Shown piece by piece: positions 24,805-35,728 of a DNA stretch of 64,000 bases. The stretch's first letter is position 1. Each line of letters starts with the position of its first letter. A program made the position numbers and the translations under genes. Source of the stretch: a virus (taxonomy: Duplodnaviria; Caudoviricetes); the IMG/VR virus record IMGVR_UViG_3300021400_000134. The stretch is one strand, 5' to 3'. The notes beneath the pieces were generated by a model. That model saw nothing but the letters and a program-made list of their open reading frames with translations, had not been told where the DNA came from and searched no databases.

Positions 24805-25758
24805 ATGGCGGATATAAAACAGATAAAGGTAGGCACTACTACCTATGATATAAAAGATGGTACCGCTAGAGAAGCATTATCTGAAAAAGTGTCTAAAGCT
24901 GGTGACACCATGACAGGAAACTTATGAATAAGTAATGGTTTAACCAAAGGAACAAACCCAAGTTCTGATACCACTCGCTATGTATCTTTTGTTGATGGTG
25001 AAGGAATCGCTGTAGATAATAGAACAGGTGCGATTATTAACCAGATAAAAACAGATGGAACATCTTTTACTGGAATTTATGCCTATGATTTTACTGCTGA
25101 TTCTACTCAAGCCCAAGTTTTAAGAACATTTAAACCGCAAGGCGGTAATGGATATTCAAATGTTAGTAGCGCTGATGTTTCTAATGCGGTTTTAAGAAAT
25201 ATTGGTTATGGTACAGGCTCTCCTAGTGGTGGCAGTGATGGAGATGTTTATATTCAATATAATACAACTTCCACACATCCATTTTTAGATTTAGTTTATC
25301 CAGTGGGTGCAATTTATTTATCTACTGTTAATACAAATCCTGGGACTTTGTTTGGAGGAACTTGAAGTCAAATTAAAGACAGGTTTTTGCTTGCGGCAGG
25401 TGATACTTATGCTGCTGGAGGTACTGGTGGTGCTGCAACAGTAACGTTAAGTAAAGCTAATATGCCGGCTCATACTCACAGTAGAGGCACCATGGAAATC
25501 AAAGGTAGTTTTCGTATTAATGATGATGGCAATAATGCTGGTCTTGATGCTGCTAGTTCTGGAAGCGGAGCCATTAGCGCGGTAAGCGGAACAGGAACAG
25601 GTTCAGATGTAGATGGAACTGGATGAGCAGTAACGAAAGGTTTTGATTTTCAAGCTTCTAAGAATTGAAGCGGGGCAACATCTTCAGAAGGCTCTGGTAC
25701 TGCGCATGAAAATATGCCACCATATCTTACTGTTTATGTTTGGCAAAGGACTGCATAA
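24805..25758 (+). CDS. Tail/baseplate protein with Gp10-C-like domain (317 aa)
   Basis: MADIKQIKVG start; YPVGAIYLST...LFGGT-W-SQIKDRFLLAAG...NMPPYLTVYVWQRTA; TGA read-through. Confidence 0.85.
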
Positions 25759-25771
25759 GGAGTAATATAAT

Positions 25772-26842
25772 ATGGCTGTTTATGTAGGAAGTAGTTGAGT
25801 AGAATTAGATAGATGGTCTGATGCTACTGGTTATGGTAATAATGCTGAATGAAGACTAATGGCATATTCCAGACAAGGCGATGCAACAAGCAATAGTTCA
25901 ACAGTTTATTTTAAATGACAGGTAAGTTGTTCTACCGGCTCTGTTTATAATTATGATGCTCATTATTCGAGTGTTTCTGGTACTGGCCCAATGGGGGACG
26001 GTCATAATGCAACACAAACCTGAGCTTTTGGAAGTGTACCTGATACGAGTTGGCATGAAGTTACTGGCGATTCTTCTGATATGTATTGGTCAGGATTGAA
26101 ACATAGGGCAGATGGAACTTGTTCTCTTACTCTAAATGCTTCTGGTACAAGGTGGAATAATTCTAGTTTTAGTACAAATATTAGTATTACTTTACCGACA
26201 ATTAGTAGAACCTATACTGTTTCATACAATGCTAATGGAGGAACAGGCGCCCCAAATAGTCAAACAAAAACGCAAAATGTTACTTTAACATTATCAAGTA
26301 CAAAACCGACGAGAACCGGTTATACTTTTTCTAAATGAAATACCAAAGCAGACGGTTCTGGCACTAACTATAATCCAGGAGCATCTTACACTACTAATGC
26401 TGCACTTACGCTATACGCGCAATGAACAATTAATACCTATACAATTACTATTAACCCTAATGGCGGTTCATTTACTTCAAGCAAAAATAGCACAGCGCAA
26501 TCAACGGCTCAATCTTATACAGTAAATTATGGCAGTAGTATTACAAATATTACTGCAAGTCGTTCTGGTTATATGCCAGCTGGATGATTTACTGAGTCTT
26601 CTGGTGGAACAAAAGTTATAAACAATGGTGGAAGTTTAAATTCAATTTCTTCATCTCGTACTATATATGCACAATGGACAAAAGAAGACCCCCCACCAGA
26701 CCCAATTTATGATGTTTATACAAAAATTGGCGGAACATGGGTGCCAGGAGTGATTTGAATTAAAGTTAACGATGTTTGGTATAGAGGCTTAGAAACAACT
26801 CTAAAAGTTAGTGGTTCTTGAAGAAAAATGAAAGCGCAATAG
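25772..26842 (+). CDS. InlB B-repeat-containing tail protein (356 aa)
   Basis: YTVSYNANGGTGAP...LSSTKPTRTGYTFSK-W-NTKADGSG...TLYAQ-W; ends TAG. Confidence 0.85.
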
Positions 26843-26858
26843 AGAAAGGTGGTAGAAT

Positions 26859-27515
26859 ATGGCAGCGGTTAAACAAATTAAAATTGGAAACACAAATTAT
26901 GATTTAAAAGCTCTCAATGCTGCTAATCAAAACCAAAGTGGTGCAGTAGTAAGAGATATACAATATGGCACTGCAGCTCCAACAGGCGGTTCTGCGGGAC
27001 AGATGTATTTACAATATGTTAATACAGATACTGAAAATTTATATTTATACGCAGAAGATACCGCTGCAGATACTACAGGAGTGGCTGATAAATATTACAG
27101 TAAAAGTGAAGTTGATGCTATGATTGCTAATCTTACTAATAAAACAACCTGACATAACTATGCTTGAGGAGGCAATACATCTTCAGGTCAAACTGTAACT
27201 ATTACATGTTCTGGTCCTGGCTTTATTATAATTTCAGCTTTTATTAGAGCTAATAATAGTACAGATAACTATGGTCTTTTAGCTACCTCTATATCTAAAT
27301 CAGATAATAATGGTTCTTCTTGGAACGAAATTTCTAGAGAAGAACATAGAAAACATGGATCAGGTTATTCTATAGCTCCTGCTGCTTTTGCTTCAACAGG
27401 AACTTCTACTTCAAGTGCTACAAGATTTAAAATTGAATTTAATAGGTCTTATGAGGGAACTCATTATTGAAGAATAGAGGTTCTTTCTGTTGGATGTACT
27501 GTAACTAAATTATAA
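26859..27515 (+). CDS. Tail adhesin-like protein, conserved N-module plus variable C-domain (218 aa)
   Basis: MAAVKQIKIGNTNYDLK start; TGA read-through to TAA 27513. Confidence 0.8.
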
Positions 27516-27529
27516 GAGGATAATCGATT

Positions 27530-27946
27530 ATGGCACAAAACAAGTATATTAAGCAAAATGGTGAAGTAATATACCCTATTACGAAAACTGAAAATGTATT
27601 AAATAAAGCTGGATTGGATTGTTTTGGTTGATGTAATGGCATAATGTGATGTTACGCAACTAGAAGTTCTACCAGTACGGTAGATTGAACTTTAAATGCA
27701 AATTTTGGTTCTAATGGAATAAAGATTAATACTTTAAAGATGGATGGAACTGTGCAAAGGGTTACTTTTACGTCATCTTTAGCTTCAACAAACTATGGGG
27801 TTTGAGTTTCAGCAGAAGTTGGTGGAACAGCCAGCGAAATTCTTGGCGTATATGGTAGAACTACAAGTGGTTTTGCCATCGATTGTGCGAATTATAATGG
27901 AGCTGCAACTCAACCAGTCCAAATAAGTATTTTAATTATATATTAA
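27530..27946 (+). CDS. Small tail protein (138 aa), 4 TGA; absent from ORF track
   Basis: RBS GAGGA; MAQNKYIKQNGEVIYPI..., C-terminal VTFTSSLASTNYGV-W-VS...RTTSGF fibre-tip-like pattern. Confidence 0.75.
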
Positions 27947-27966
27947 TTAAAGAAAGGTGATAGAAT

Positions 27967-28056
27967 ATGGCGGCTGTAAAACAGATAAAAATAGGTAATA
28001 TTAATTATAATATGCTGCTATATTTAACAGTTTACATGTGAAGAAGAACGGCATAA
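27967..28056 (+). pseudogene. 29-codon internally deleted remnant (or minigene) of the tail cassette
   Basis: MAAVKQIKIGNINY fused directly to NMLLYLTVYM-W-RRTA, the two termini of the neighbouring gene families; RBS retained. Confidence 0.7.
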
Positions 28057-28072
28057 CTAAAGGAGGTAAGAC

Positions 28073-29077
28073 ATGGCTACACTTGGAACTTCATGAACTA
28101 ATATAGGAAGTCAAAGTTTCTCTGTTGGCGGTTATGGTCATACCGCCTACATATATGCAAAATTAAACCATCAATCTGGATTAACCTCTTATATTGATTT
28201 AGAATTAAGAATTAATTATAGTGTTTGATTACAATCTTATGATACAGACTTTTATTTAACCGGTTATGGATGATTAGGCTATGCCTATAGAGAATGAATG
28301 AGTGCTGGAACATATACGATTATGTCTTCTAGCATAACGGTAGGACATGACTCAAATGGAAATGCATCCTTTGCAGCTCAAGGTGGTTATGAATACAAAG
28401 GAATGGGTGTCAGCGCAACCACATTCTGAAGTAGTACCTATAGTCTGCCTAAAATTACTGTAAATTATACAGTAACTTATAATGCGAACGGTGGTTCTGG
28501 CCAACCTGGAAACCAGACCAAAGTTCATGGAACAAATTTGACATTATCTTCAACTAAACCTAGTTGAAGTGGACATACATTTAAACATTGAAATACTGCG
28601 GCGAATGGTTCTGGTACATCTTATAATCCAGGAGGAACATATTCTACAAATGCGAATGTTACATTATATGCACAATGAGATAATGAAACATATACAATTA
28701 CATACAATGCAAATGGAGGAGATGGCGCGCCAGATACTTCAACTAAAGTTTATGGTAGTCCAATGAGATTATCTACAATAACCCCAACGAGAGCAGGGTA
28801 TACGTTTTTTAGATGAAATACTGCTTCTGATGGAACTGGACAAGATTTTAGTCCAGGTGGATTATTTGGAATAGATGCCACTACAACATTATATGCTATT
28901 TGAATACCGAATGGTACTGCGCCGACTGGTTTGTTTGATTGCTACACTGCAATCAAAGGAGCTGGACAATATACTCCTTGCTTTATATGGATTAAAGTAG
29001 GAAGTACGTGATATTTTGTTAAAAAAACTGCGGTAAATGTCGGCGGGACATGGAAAACTGTAAGTAACAAAGGATAG
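28073..29077 (+). CDS. InlB B-repeat-containing tail protein, paralogue of 25772 (334 aa)
   Basis: YTVTYNANGGSGQP...LSSTKPS-W-SGHTFKH-W-NTAANGSG; ends TAG. Confidence 0.85.
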
Positions 29078-29086
29078 GAGGAGAAT

Positions 29087-29743
29087 ATGGCAGCTGTAAA
29101 ACAGATTAAGATAGGTAATACAAACTACGATTTAAAAGCATTGAATGCGGCTAATCAAAATCAATCAAATGCTGTTGTAAGAGATGTCCAGTATGGAACA
29201 GCTACTCCTACTGGCGGAAGTGCTGGTCAAATATATTTACAATATACTAATACAGATACCACCAATCCCTATGTTTATGCTGAGGATACTCCTGGAACTG
29301 AAGTTAATGTCAGTGATAAATATTACAGTAAAACTGAGGTTGATAATAAATTTGCTTGAAAAAAATTTGGTTCACATAGTGGAGCAGATAATTGAGATAT
29401 AACTTCTTGTTGAAACCAATGTCAAGAATTATATATTGTTGTTAGTAAATACTTTAGAGGTTCTAACACTTCAGCGAATGAAGTCATAGAATTACAATGT
29501 CACGTATTAAAACAGCAGGTTGAAGAAGATTGGACTAGTTCATACAATACTGGAAAAATTGTATTTATTCCAGCTGGAAATAGATATAATAATAATCAAG
29601 GAAATAGCAGTATTTGAAATGCCCTTTTTAGATTACATAATGGTAATGGTAATGTTTATCTTCAGTTAAACGAATTATTTTGTGTATCACTCGCTTCAAC
29701 AAATCAGAATGGCTCAGGGTATTATATATTATATTGAAGGTAA
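29087..29743 (+). CDS. Tail adhesin-like protein, paralogue of 26859 (218 aa)
   Basis: First ~90 aa nearly identical to 26859, C-domain unrelated; ends TAA 29741. Confidence 0.8.
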
Positions 29744-29748
29744 TTATT

Positions 29749-30225
29749 ATGGCACAAATACAATATTTAAAAAAGAATGGGGAATTAATATATCCTCATA
29801 TTTCAGTTGACCAAATATACCCAGTGGGGAGTATTTATATGAGCATAAATAACGCGAATCCTGAAGACCTTTTTGGTGGAACATGGGAACAGATCCAGGG
29901 AAGATTTTTACTTGCAGCTGGTGGTGGTTATAATGCCGGTGCAACTGGAGGAGAAGCTAATCATACGTTAACCTCTAACGAAATGCCAAGTCATTATCAC
30001 TCTTTTCAATGGTCTGCTTCTAATTCTGAATATGATGCTGGAGTTAGTGGTAGTACAAATCCTTGAAATTTTGGTAATTTAACAGATGAAGGACATTCTG
30101 TTATGGTACACTGAACATATAATGGTAGTGAAAGGCAGGGTAATACCAGCAGCACCGGCGGAGGCGCAGCACATAACAATATGCCACCATATTTAGTAGT
30201 ATATGTTTGAAAAAGAACAGCTTAA
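29749..30225 (+). CDS. Gp10-C-like tail/baseplate protein (158 aa)
   Basis: MAQIQYLKKNGELIYP + YPVGSIYMS...LFGGTWEQIQGRFLLAAG...NMPPYLVVYV-W-KRTA. Confidence 0.85.
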
Positions 30226-30331
30226 TTAATAAGATCGAGGAAATACTAGATGAGCTTTTGTCTTTAAAATTGCTGATGGATCAGTGGATGCACATATTGA
30301 TTAAAATAAAATATAATAGTAGATTTAATTT

Positions 30332-30375
30332 GGACAGGTTTATATAATTTTGCCTGCCCATTTTTTATTTATAAT
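30332..30375 (+). promoter_or_regulatory. Putative phage-specific promoter motif, copy 5
   Basis: GGACAG-GTTTAT-ATAA-18nt-TATTTATAAT. Confidence 0.6.
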
Positions 30376-30434
30376 GTACCGAGGGAAGGTACTCAATAGA
30401 AAAGTTTTACTAATAATGGAAAGGAAGTAAAGTT

Positions 30435-30815
30435 ATGATGAATTATTCAGGATACCCTGCTCCAACGTATCCAACTTATGGAGCAATGGGTCAACAACAA
30501 CTTTATACCCAGAGACAAGAAGTGGTTAGGGTCAATGGGCGAAATGGTGCAAATGCTTATCAAATGGCGCCAAATAGTAGTATACTACTTTTAGATGAGA
30601 CTGCACCAATTATTTGGTTAAAAACAACAGACGGAGCATCATATCCAACAGTAACTGGATATACGATTACTCCAATTGAAACTCAAGCAACAACTACGGC
30701 GAGTGTAGATTATTCAGCTTTAGAAGAAAGAATATCAAAATTAGAAGAGGCATTCAATGCAAGGAAATCCGATGCTTCAGATTCTAAACCAATCAAGACC
30801 ATTAATAAACAATAA
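30435..30815 (+). CDS. Hypothetical protein
   Basis: Intact ORF with RBS; VNGRNGANAYQMAPNSSILLLDE motif. Confidence 0.75.
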   Translation: MMNYSGYPAPTYPTYGAMGQQQLYTQRQEVVRVNGRNGANAYQMAPNSSILLLDETAPIIWLKTTDGASYPTVTGYTITPIETQATTTASVDYSALEERISKLEEAFNARKSDASDSKPIKTINKQ

Positions 30816-30996
30816 TATGGTCTCAATGATAAAAAACTCGCCTAATCCTCAAGTTTTGCTAAATAATTTATTGGCGCAAAATCCTAAAGTATCTGGATTA
30901 ATAAATCAATATGGCGGTGATGCAAGAACCGCTTTTTATGCGCTTGCGCAACAAAAGGGGGTAGACCCTAATTCAATATTAGACATGTTAAAATAA
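30757..30996 (+). CDS. Small Gln/Asn-rich hypothetical protein
   Basis: GAGG RBS; overlaps previous gene. Confidence 0.7.
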   Translation: MQGNPMLQILNQSRPLINNNMVSMIKNSPNPQVLLNNLLAQNPKVSGLINQYGGDARTAFYALAQQKGVDPNSILDMLK

Positions 30997-31050
30997 GTCA
31001 ACCTAATTAGTAAGACTTAACTATTGAATTACTAATTAGGAGGATTTAAA

Positions 31051-31716
31051 ATGGAAAATGGAAGTTTATCAGCTAGTGATGTTGCTTTACTCAGTGATCG
31101 CAATGGTTATGGTGACATGTGGGGCGGCAATTCCATGATGTGGATTTTTGCTTTATTGATTCTTGCTGGTGGCGGCTTTAATGGTTGGGGTAACAACGGC
31201 TTCGCTAACGCAATCGGTTATGAAAACTTGGCAACACAATCACAAGTAGATCGTGGTTTTGATACCCAGAATATGATGGCAAATCAAAGAGAAACTCTTG
31301 CTGCTGTCAATGCTGGAACCGCACAAGCAGTAGCCGCAACTAATCAGACATTCCATGACACAGTTAATGCTTTAAGTGATAAATATAGTGAACTTGCTAG
31401 AGATATCAGTGGCTTAGCTGTTGGTCAGGCTAATTTGTTAGCAAAAGAAAATGAATGTTGCTGCCAGACACTTCGCGCAATTGATGGTGTAAATTATGCG
31501 AATGCTTTAAATACAGCTGCAATTAATGAAAACACAACTGCGCAGACTCAGAAAATCCTAGATGCTATTACTGGTAATCGTATGGCTGACATGCAAAATC
31601 AAATTAACCAATTACAGCTTCAGCAAGCTGTTGCTGGTGTAGTTCGCTACCCAAGTGCTAGCACTTATTACGCAGGAACAAATCCGTTCTGCGCTTGCGG
31701 TGGAGCAACACTTTAA
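31051..31716 (+). CDS. Hypothetical protein with Gly-rich hydrophobic N-terminus, coiled coil and CCC motif
   Basis: Intact ORF with AGGAGG; WIFALLILAGGGFNGWG, ECCCQT. Confidence 0.8.
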   Translation: MENGSLSASDVALLSDRNGYGDMWGGNSMMWIFALLILAGGGFNGWGNNGFANAIGYENLATQSQVDRGFDTQNMMANQRETLAAVNAGTAQAVAATNQTFHDTVNALSDKYSELARDISGLAVGQANLLAKENECCCQTLRAIDGVNYANALNTAAINENTTAQTQKILDAITGNRMADMQNQINQLQLQQAVAGVVRYPSASTYYAGTNPFCACGGATL

Positions 31717-31726
31717 TATGTAAATG

Positions 31727-31754
31727 AAGGGCGACTATTTAAGTTGCCCTTTTT
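31727..31754 (+). terminator. Intrinsic terminator
   Basis: AAGGGCGACT...AGTTGCCCTT-TTT. Confidence 0.65.
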
Positions 31755-31794
31755 ATTTTTAATCAAAAGGGAAAAGTTTAGGAGGAATGATTAA

Positions 31795-32205
31795 ATGTTA
31801 GAAGTATATTCTAAAAATGTAACAGTTGCGGAAAATGGAATAATTCCACTAACTACCGTAGCTTTAGTTAAAGGAACAAGCACTCAATTATTAGGCACAT
31901 CTACAATTCAGTTTAACAAATGCGGAATTTATGAAGTTACAGTATCTGGTAGTGTAACTGGAAGTGCGGCCGGAGAGATTGTAATCCAGCTTGAGAAAAA
32001 TGGTGTTGTCCAGCCTCAAGCCGTATCATTAGCAACTGCCGCAGATGCAACTTCAATAATTCCATTTAGTTTTACAACTTTAATTCAAGTTCCAGATAGT
32101 AATAACATCAATTGCCCTTGTTCAACAACAACAACCATTTATTTAAGAAATGCGGGAATTGAAGATACATATAATACAATTACTGTAACCGCAGTCCGCA
32201 TTTAA
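31795..32205 (+). CDS. BclA-C/TNF-like fold hypothetical protein
   Basis: TIQFNKCGIYEVTVSG...IQLEKNG pattern. Confidence 0.6.
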   Translation: MLEVYSKNVTVAENGIIPLTTVALVKGTSTQLLGTSTIQFNKCGIYEVTVSGSVTGSAAGEIVIQLEKNGVVQPQAVSLATAADATSIIPFSFTTLIQVPDSNNINCPCSTTTTIYLRNAGIEDTYNTITVTAVRI

Positions 32206-32219
32206 TAAAGAGGTGCAAT

Positions 32220-32780
32220 ATGACACTTGAAGAGATTTATTCTGAATTAAGTGCCCATATGATAAAGGGTCTAATGGTTCATGACCAAATGGCTAAATAT
32301 TACTGTTTTTTAAGTCTAAAAGGCTATGCAAAATGTCATACCTATCATTATCTTTGTGAAAATAAAGATTATATGGAATTAAATCATTATTATCACAAAC
32401 ATCATAATAGACTAATAAAAGAAAAGCCTATATCAGACCCAAAATTGATTCCAAATGCATGATATGCATATCAAAGGGTAGATGTTGATGCAACAACCAA
32501 GAGGAATGCTGTTAAAACCGGCATGGAGAAATGAATAGAATGAGAAACAGAAACTTTAACATTATATTCTAAGATGTATAAAGAATTATTTGCTCTTGGA
32601 GAAATTGCGGATGCTGAATATGTTGCTTGTTTAATAAAAGAGGTAGATGAAGAATTAGCGCAAGCAAATTCTTTATATATAAAAAAGAAAACCTGTGATT
32701 TCGATATTAGCGCAATCATGGGCGATCAAGAAGAAAAGTTTAAAGAATACTATGAAAAAATAGAAGAAATTTGGAGGTAA
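32220..32780 (+). CDS. Ferritin-like protein (186 aa, 3 TGA=Trp)
   Basis: ORFs 32220 and 32574 in one frame, joined by TGA at 32460, 32532, 32541 (MEK-W-IE-W-ETET); His/Glu-rich helical pattern. Confidence 0.7.
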
Positions 32781-32784
32781 AACT

Positions 32785-34716
32785 ATGGCTTTAAAAGGGA
32801 TTGATATCAGCAATTGGCAAAACGGAATTAACTTATCTACTGTCAAGGCTGATTTCGTAATCATCAAATCTTCTGAAGGTATTGGATGGACAGACCCAGC
32901 TTTTAAACAATTATTCGCTGCTGCGAAAAAAACAAGTAAAAAATTGGGGGTTTATCATTTCGCGCGACCAACCGCTGATAACGATCCAATTAAAGAAGCT
33001 GAGAGTTTTGTTAACATTATTAAGCCAGAAGGTGTTATTGGTAAAGCTTTACTTGTTCTTGACTGGGAGGCTGAAAATCAGCATAACACAGCTTGGGCAA
33101 AATCTTGGTTAGATAAAGTATATGCGCTAACTGGTGTAAAACCTATGATTTACATGAGTGAAAGTGTGGTTAATGCTTATAACTGGGATGCAGTTGCTAA
33201 CGCTGGATATGAGCTCTGAGTCGCCAAGTATTGAGACAACGCACCTGATTATAATTATGATATGTCTAATGCTGGCAATAAGCCATCAATTAGTCATTGG
33301 AAAAATTATAAAATGTGGCAATGGACTTCTACTGGAAGATTAGATGGTTATGATGGCAATTTAGATTGCAACGAGTTCTATGGAACAGCTGCGGATTGGG
33401 ATAAATTAGTAAATGCCGCAGGAAAGAAAGAAGAACCAAAAAAGGAAGAAACAACTGAAACAACAACAATTGAAATTCCAGGATATTCAACAAATGTAGT
33501 CATGAGTCCAACAGATTGGTTCAATATGACTTATGGTCATAGCTATGATATTGATGGCTACTATGGTGCCCAGTGCTGGGATTACTTTGCATATTTCGTA
33601 CAATATACTGGCATTGGTGTAAGCACATACTGTGCATTAACTCACTATGTTGGTGACTTATGGACATTAAAAGACCAGTATGGTTATTCAGAACATTTTG
33701 AATATATTACAAATCCTAATGCATTACAAAATGGTGACTGGTTAATCTGGCCTCAGGGCTCTTCTAACCCATTATCACATGTCGCAATGTATTGGAATGG
33801 CCAGATTTTAGGCCAGAACCAGGGTGGAGCAAGAATTGTTACTTTGGCTAACGCATATTTCGACATTGCTGGTGCATTAAGATGGAAAGGTTGGAATGGC
33901 GGAGGCGGTTCTCCAGCAGAGAAAATCAATCTTAAGAATTACACTGATGCGGAATTAGCTCGCATGGTTATTGCTGGCAGATTCGGAAATGGCGATACAA
34001 GAAAGAAACTTCTTGGAACTCGTTATGATGGCGTTCAGGATATGGTTAACCGCATCTTAAATGGTGAAGCAGTAGATCTAAAAGACAATGAAACAGTCGC
34101 ACGCGAAGTCATCCAGGGCCTATGGGGCAATGGAGACGACCGTTATAACAGATTAACTGCTGCTGGATATAACTATGATGCAGTTCAGAATCTTGTAAAT
34201 CAAATCTTAAATGGCGGCGGAGGTTCTTCAAAGAAATCTATTGATGAAATTGCTCAAGAAGTTCTTGCCGGCATCTGAGGTAATGGTGATGACCGTTATA
34301 ACGCATTAACAAATGCTGGTTATGACTACAACGCAGTTCAGGCTCGTGTAAATGAATTATTAGGATATGGCACAGCCAAAGATTCTAATGAAACAGTCGC
34401 TGACCAAGTAATCGCAGGATTATGAGGAAATGGCGATGACCGCTACAATAGATTGACTGCTGCTGGATATGATTACAACACAATCCAGGCAATTGTTAAT
34501 CAGAAACTTGGATATGGCGGTGGTGCAAGCATTGGTGTTGGTTCTAATATTCGCATTGGCTACAACGCTACTGACTTAAACAGCGGAACATTCTATGCTC
34601 CATTTGTTTATCAGAATGTATACCAGGTATTTGAAATCAGCGGCCGCAGAGTAGTATTTGGCACTAATGGAACAGTAATTGGTGCTACCGATATTGGTAA
34701 TGTATCATTAGCATAA
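32785..34716 (+). CDS. Endolysin: GH25 muramidase + CHAP-like domain + Cpl-7 (CW_7) repeats (643 aa, 4 TGA=Trp)
   Basis: GIDISNWQ, LVLDWE, MWQWTS (GH25); DGYYGAQCWD...SHVA...GQN (CHAP); A.EVI.GLWGNGDDR repeats; TGA at 33217, 33232, 34276, 34423. Confidence 0.92.
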
Positions 34717-34729
34717 GGAGGGTTTTAGC

Positions 34730-35059
34730 ATGGACAGTTTTTTCTCACTAATCGCTATTGCAACACTGATTGAAGCCCTTATTTCTTATGGTAAAACTAT
34801 TGTCAATAAAGGCACAATCCAATGGCAAATTATTTTAGCGTTTATTATTGGAATTGTCTTTTGCTACGACACTGGTTTAAACTTCTTTGCAATGTTGGGC
34901 TTAAGCGAACAGTGGCCTATTATTGGGACATTAGCGACTGCTGTTACATTGTCTCGTGGTTCAAATTATATGTTTGAGTTTTATAATCAACTAACCACTT
35001 GGCGCAAACAAGCAACAGAACAAGCAAATAATAATAACAACGGGGTTAGTTCTATTTAG
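34730..35059 (+). CDS. Holin-like membrane protein
   Basis: Follows the lysin; ~3 hydrophobic segments; LSRGSNY motif. Confidence 0.75.
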   Translation: MDSFFSLIAIATLIEALISYGKTIVNKGTIQWQIILAFIIGIVFCYDTGLNFFAMLGLSEQWPIIGTLATAVTLSRGSNYMFEFYNQLTTWRKQATEQANNNNNGVSSI

Positions 35060-35076
35060 AACTAACCTCTTTTTTT
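35043..35076 (+). terminator. Intrinsic terminator ending the lysis operon
   Basis: GGTTAGTTCTA-TT-TAGAACTAACC then CTTTTTTT. Confidence 0.8.
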
Positions 35077-35078
35077 GT

Positions 35079-35107
35079 TTGACTTTTCTGGAAAAATTTT
35101 ATATAAT
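35079..35107 (+). promoter_or_regulatory. SigmaA-type promoter upstream of the Hsp20/tRNA unit
   Basis: TTGACT-17nt-TATAAT. Confidence 0.75.
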
Positions 35108-35131
35108 AATCATTGTAAGGAGAAAAGACGA

Positions 35132-35308
35132 ATGAAGCTATATTTAAAAGATTATGAACAGTTAAAAACGGTAGAGAACTTCTTGTTCAGATTTATATAT
35201 TCAAAGTCTTTTACCTTACAAATTTTTATAGAAGATACTAATGACCAATTTAATTATGAAACAATTCATAACGATTTAGCTGGTGGATTAGTTCTTGTAA
35301 CTTTTTAG
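35132..35308 (+). CDS. Small hypothetical protein (58 aa)
   Basis: RBS AAGGAG; start MKLYLK lies downstream of the promoter. Confidence 0.6.
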   Translation: MKLYLKDYEQLKTVENFLFRFIYSKSFTLQIFIEDTNDQFNYETIHNDLAGGLVLVTF

Positions 35309-35322
35309 GAGGTATTTTTATT

Positions 35323-35694
35323 ATGATGTTTGATTATGATTCTTTTTTCAATTGGGATAAACCCGCTTACACTTTTAGTCGTTCAGTACATGATATGCAT
35401 CCCTATTCTATTAAAACATTGGATGACAGGGTAGTATTGGTTCATAATATTGTCGGTGTTAAAGAAGACGATATTAAGGTTGATATTGTTAATAAAGATG
35501 GTAGAGACCAGCTTGTTATCGAGGGTGTAACTCATAACGATTTGCTGAACTATGATTACAAAATTAATTCAAGATTCGATATTAAAGCAGATATGTTTAA
35601 GAATGTAACTTATTCTGTTGAAGATGGTTTGCTATATATCAATCTATTTAAGAAAGAACCAGAAGCAACTAAATTAATAGTTACGAAAGCCTAG
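35323..35694 (+). CDS. Hsp20/alpha-crystallin-like small heat-shock protein
   Basis: IVGVKEDDIKVDI...LVIEG...YSVEDGLLYINL. Confidence 0.75.
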   Translation: MMFDYDSFFNWDKPAYTFSRSVHDMHPYSIKTLDDRVVLVHNIVGVKEDDIKVDIVNKDGRDQLVIEGVTHNDLLNYDYKINSRFDIKADMFKNVTYSVEDGLLYINLFKKEPEATKLIVTKA

Positions 35695-35728
35695 AGAATT
35701 TTTTAAAGAAGTTCTCTACTCTATTTAT

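Noticed and set aside
24805-30225. Diversity-generating retroelement or invertible shufflon
   Set aside because: No reverse transcriptase or recombinase in the window, no adenine-specific TR/VR pair seen, and all cassettes are co-oriented
1-34716. Fragmented ORFs as pseudogenes of a decaying prophage
   Set aside because: All breaks are TGA in a constant frame at Trp positions, with no frameshifts or internal TAA/TAG in the stretches read
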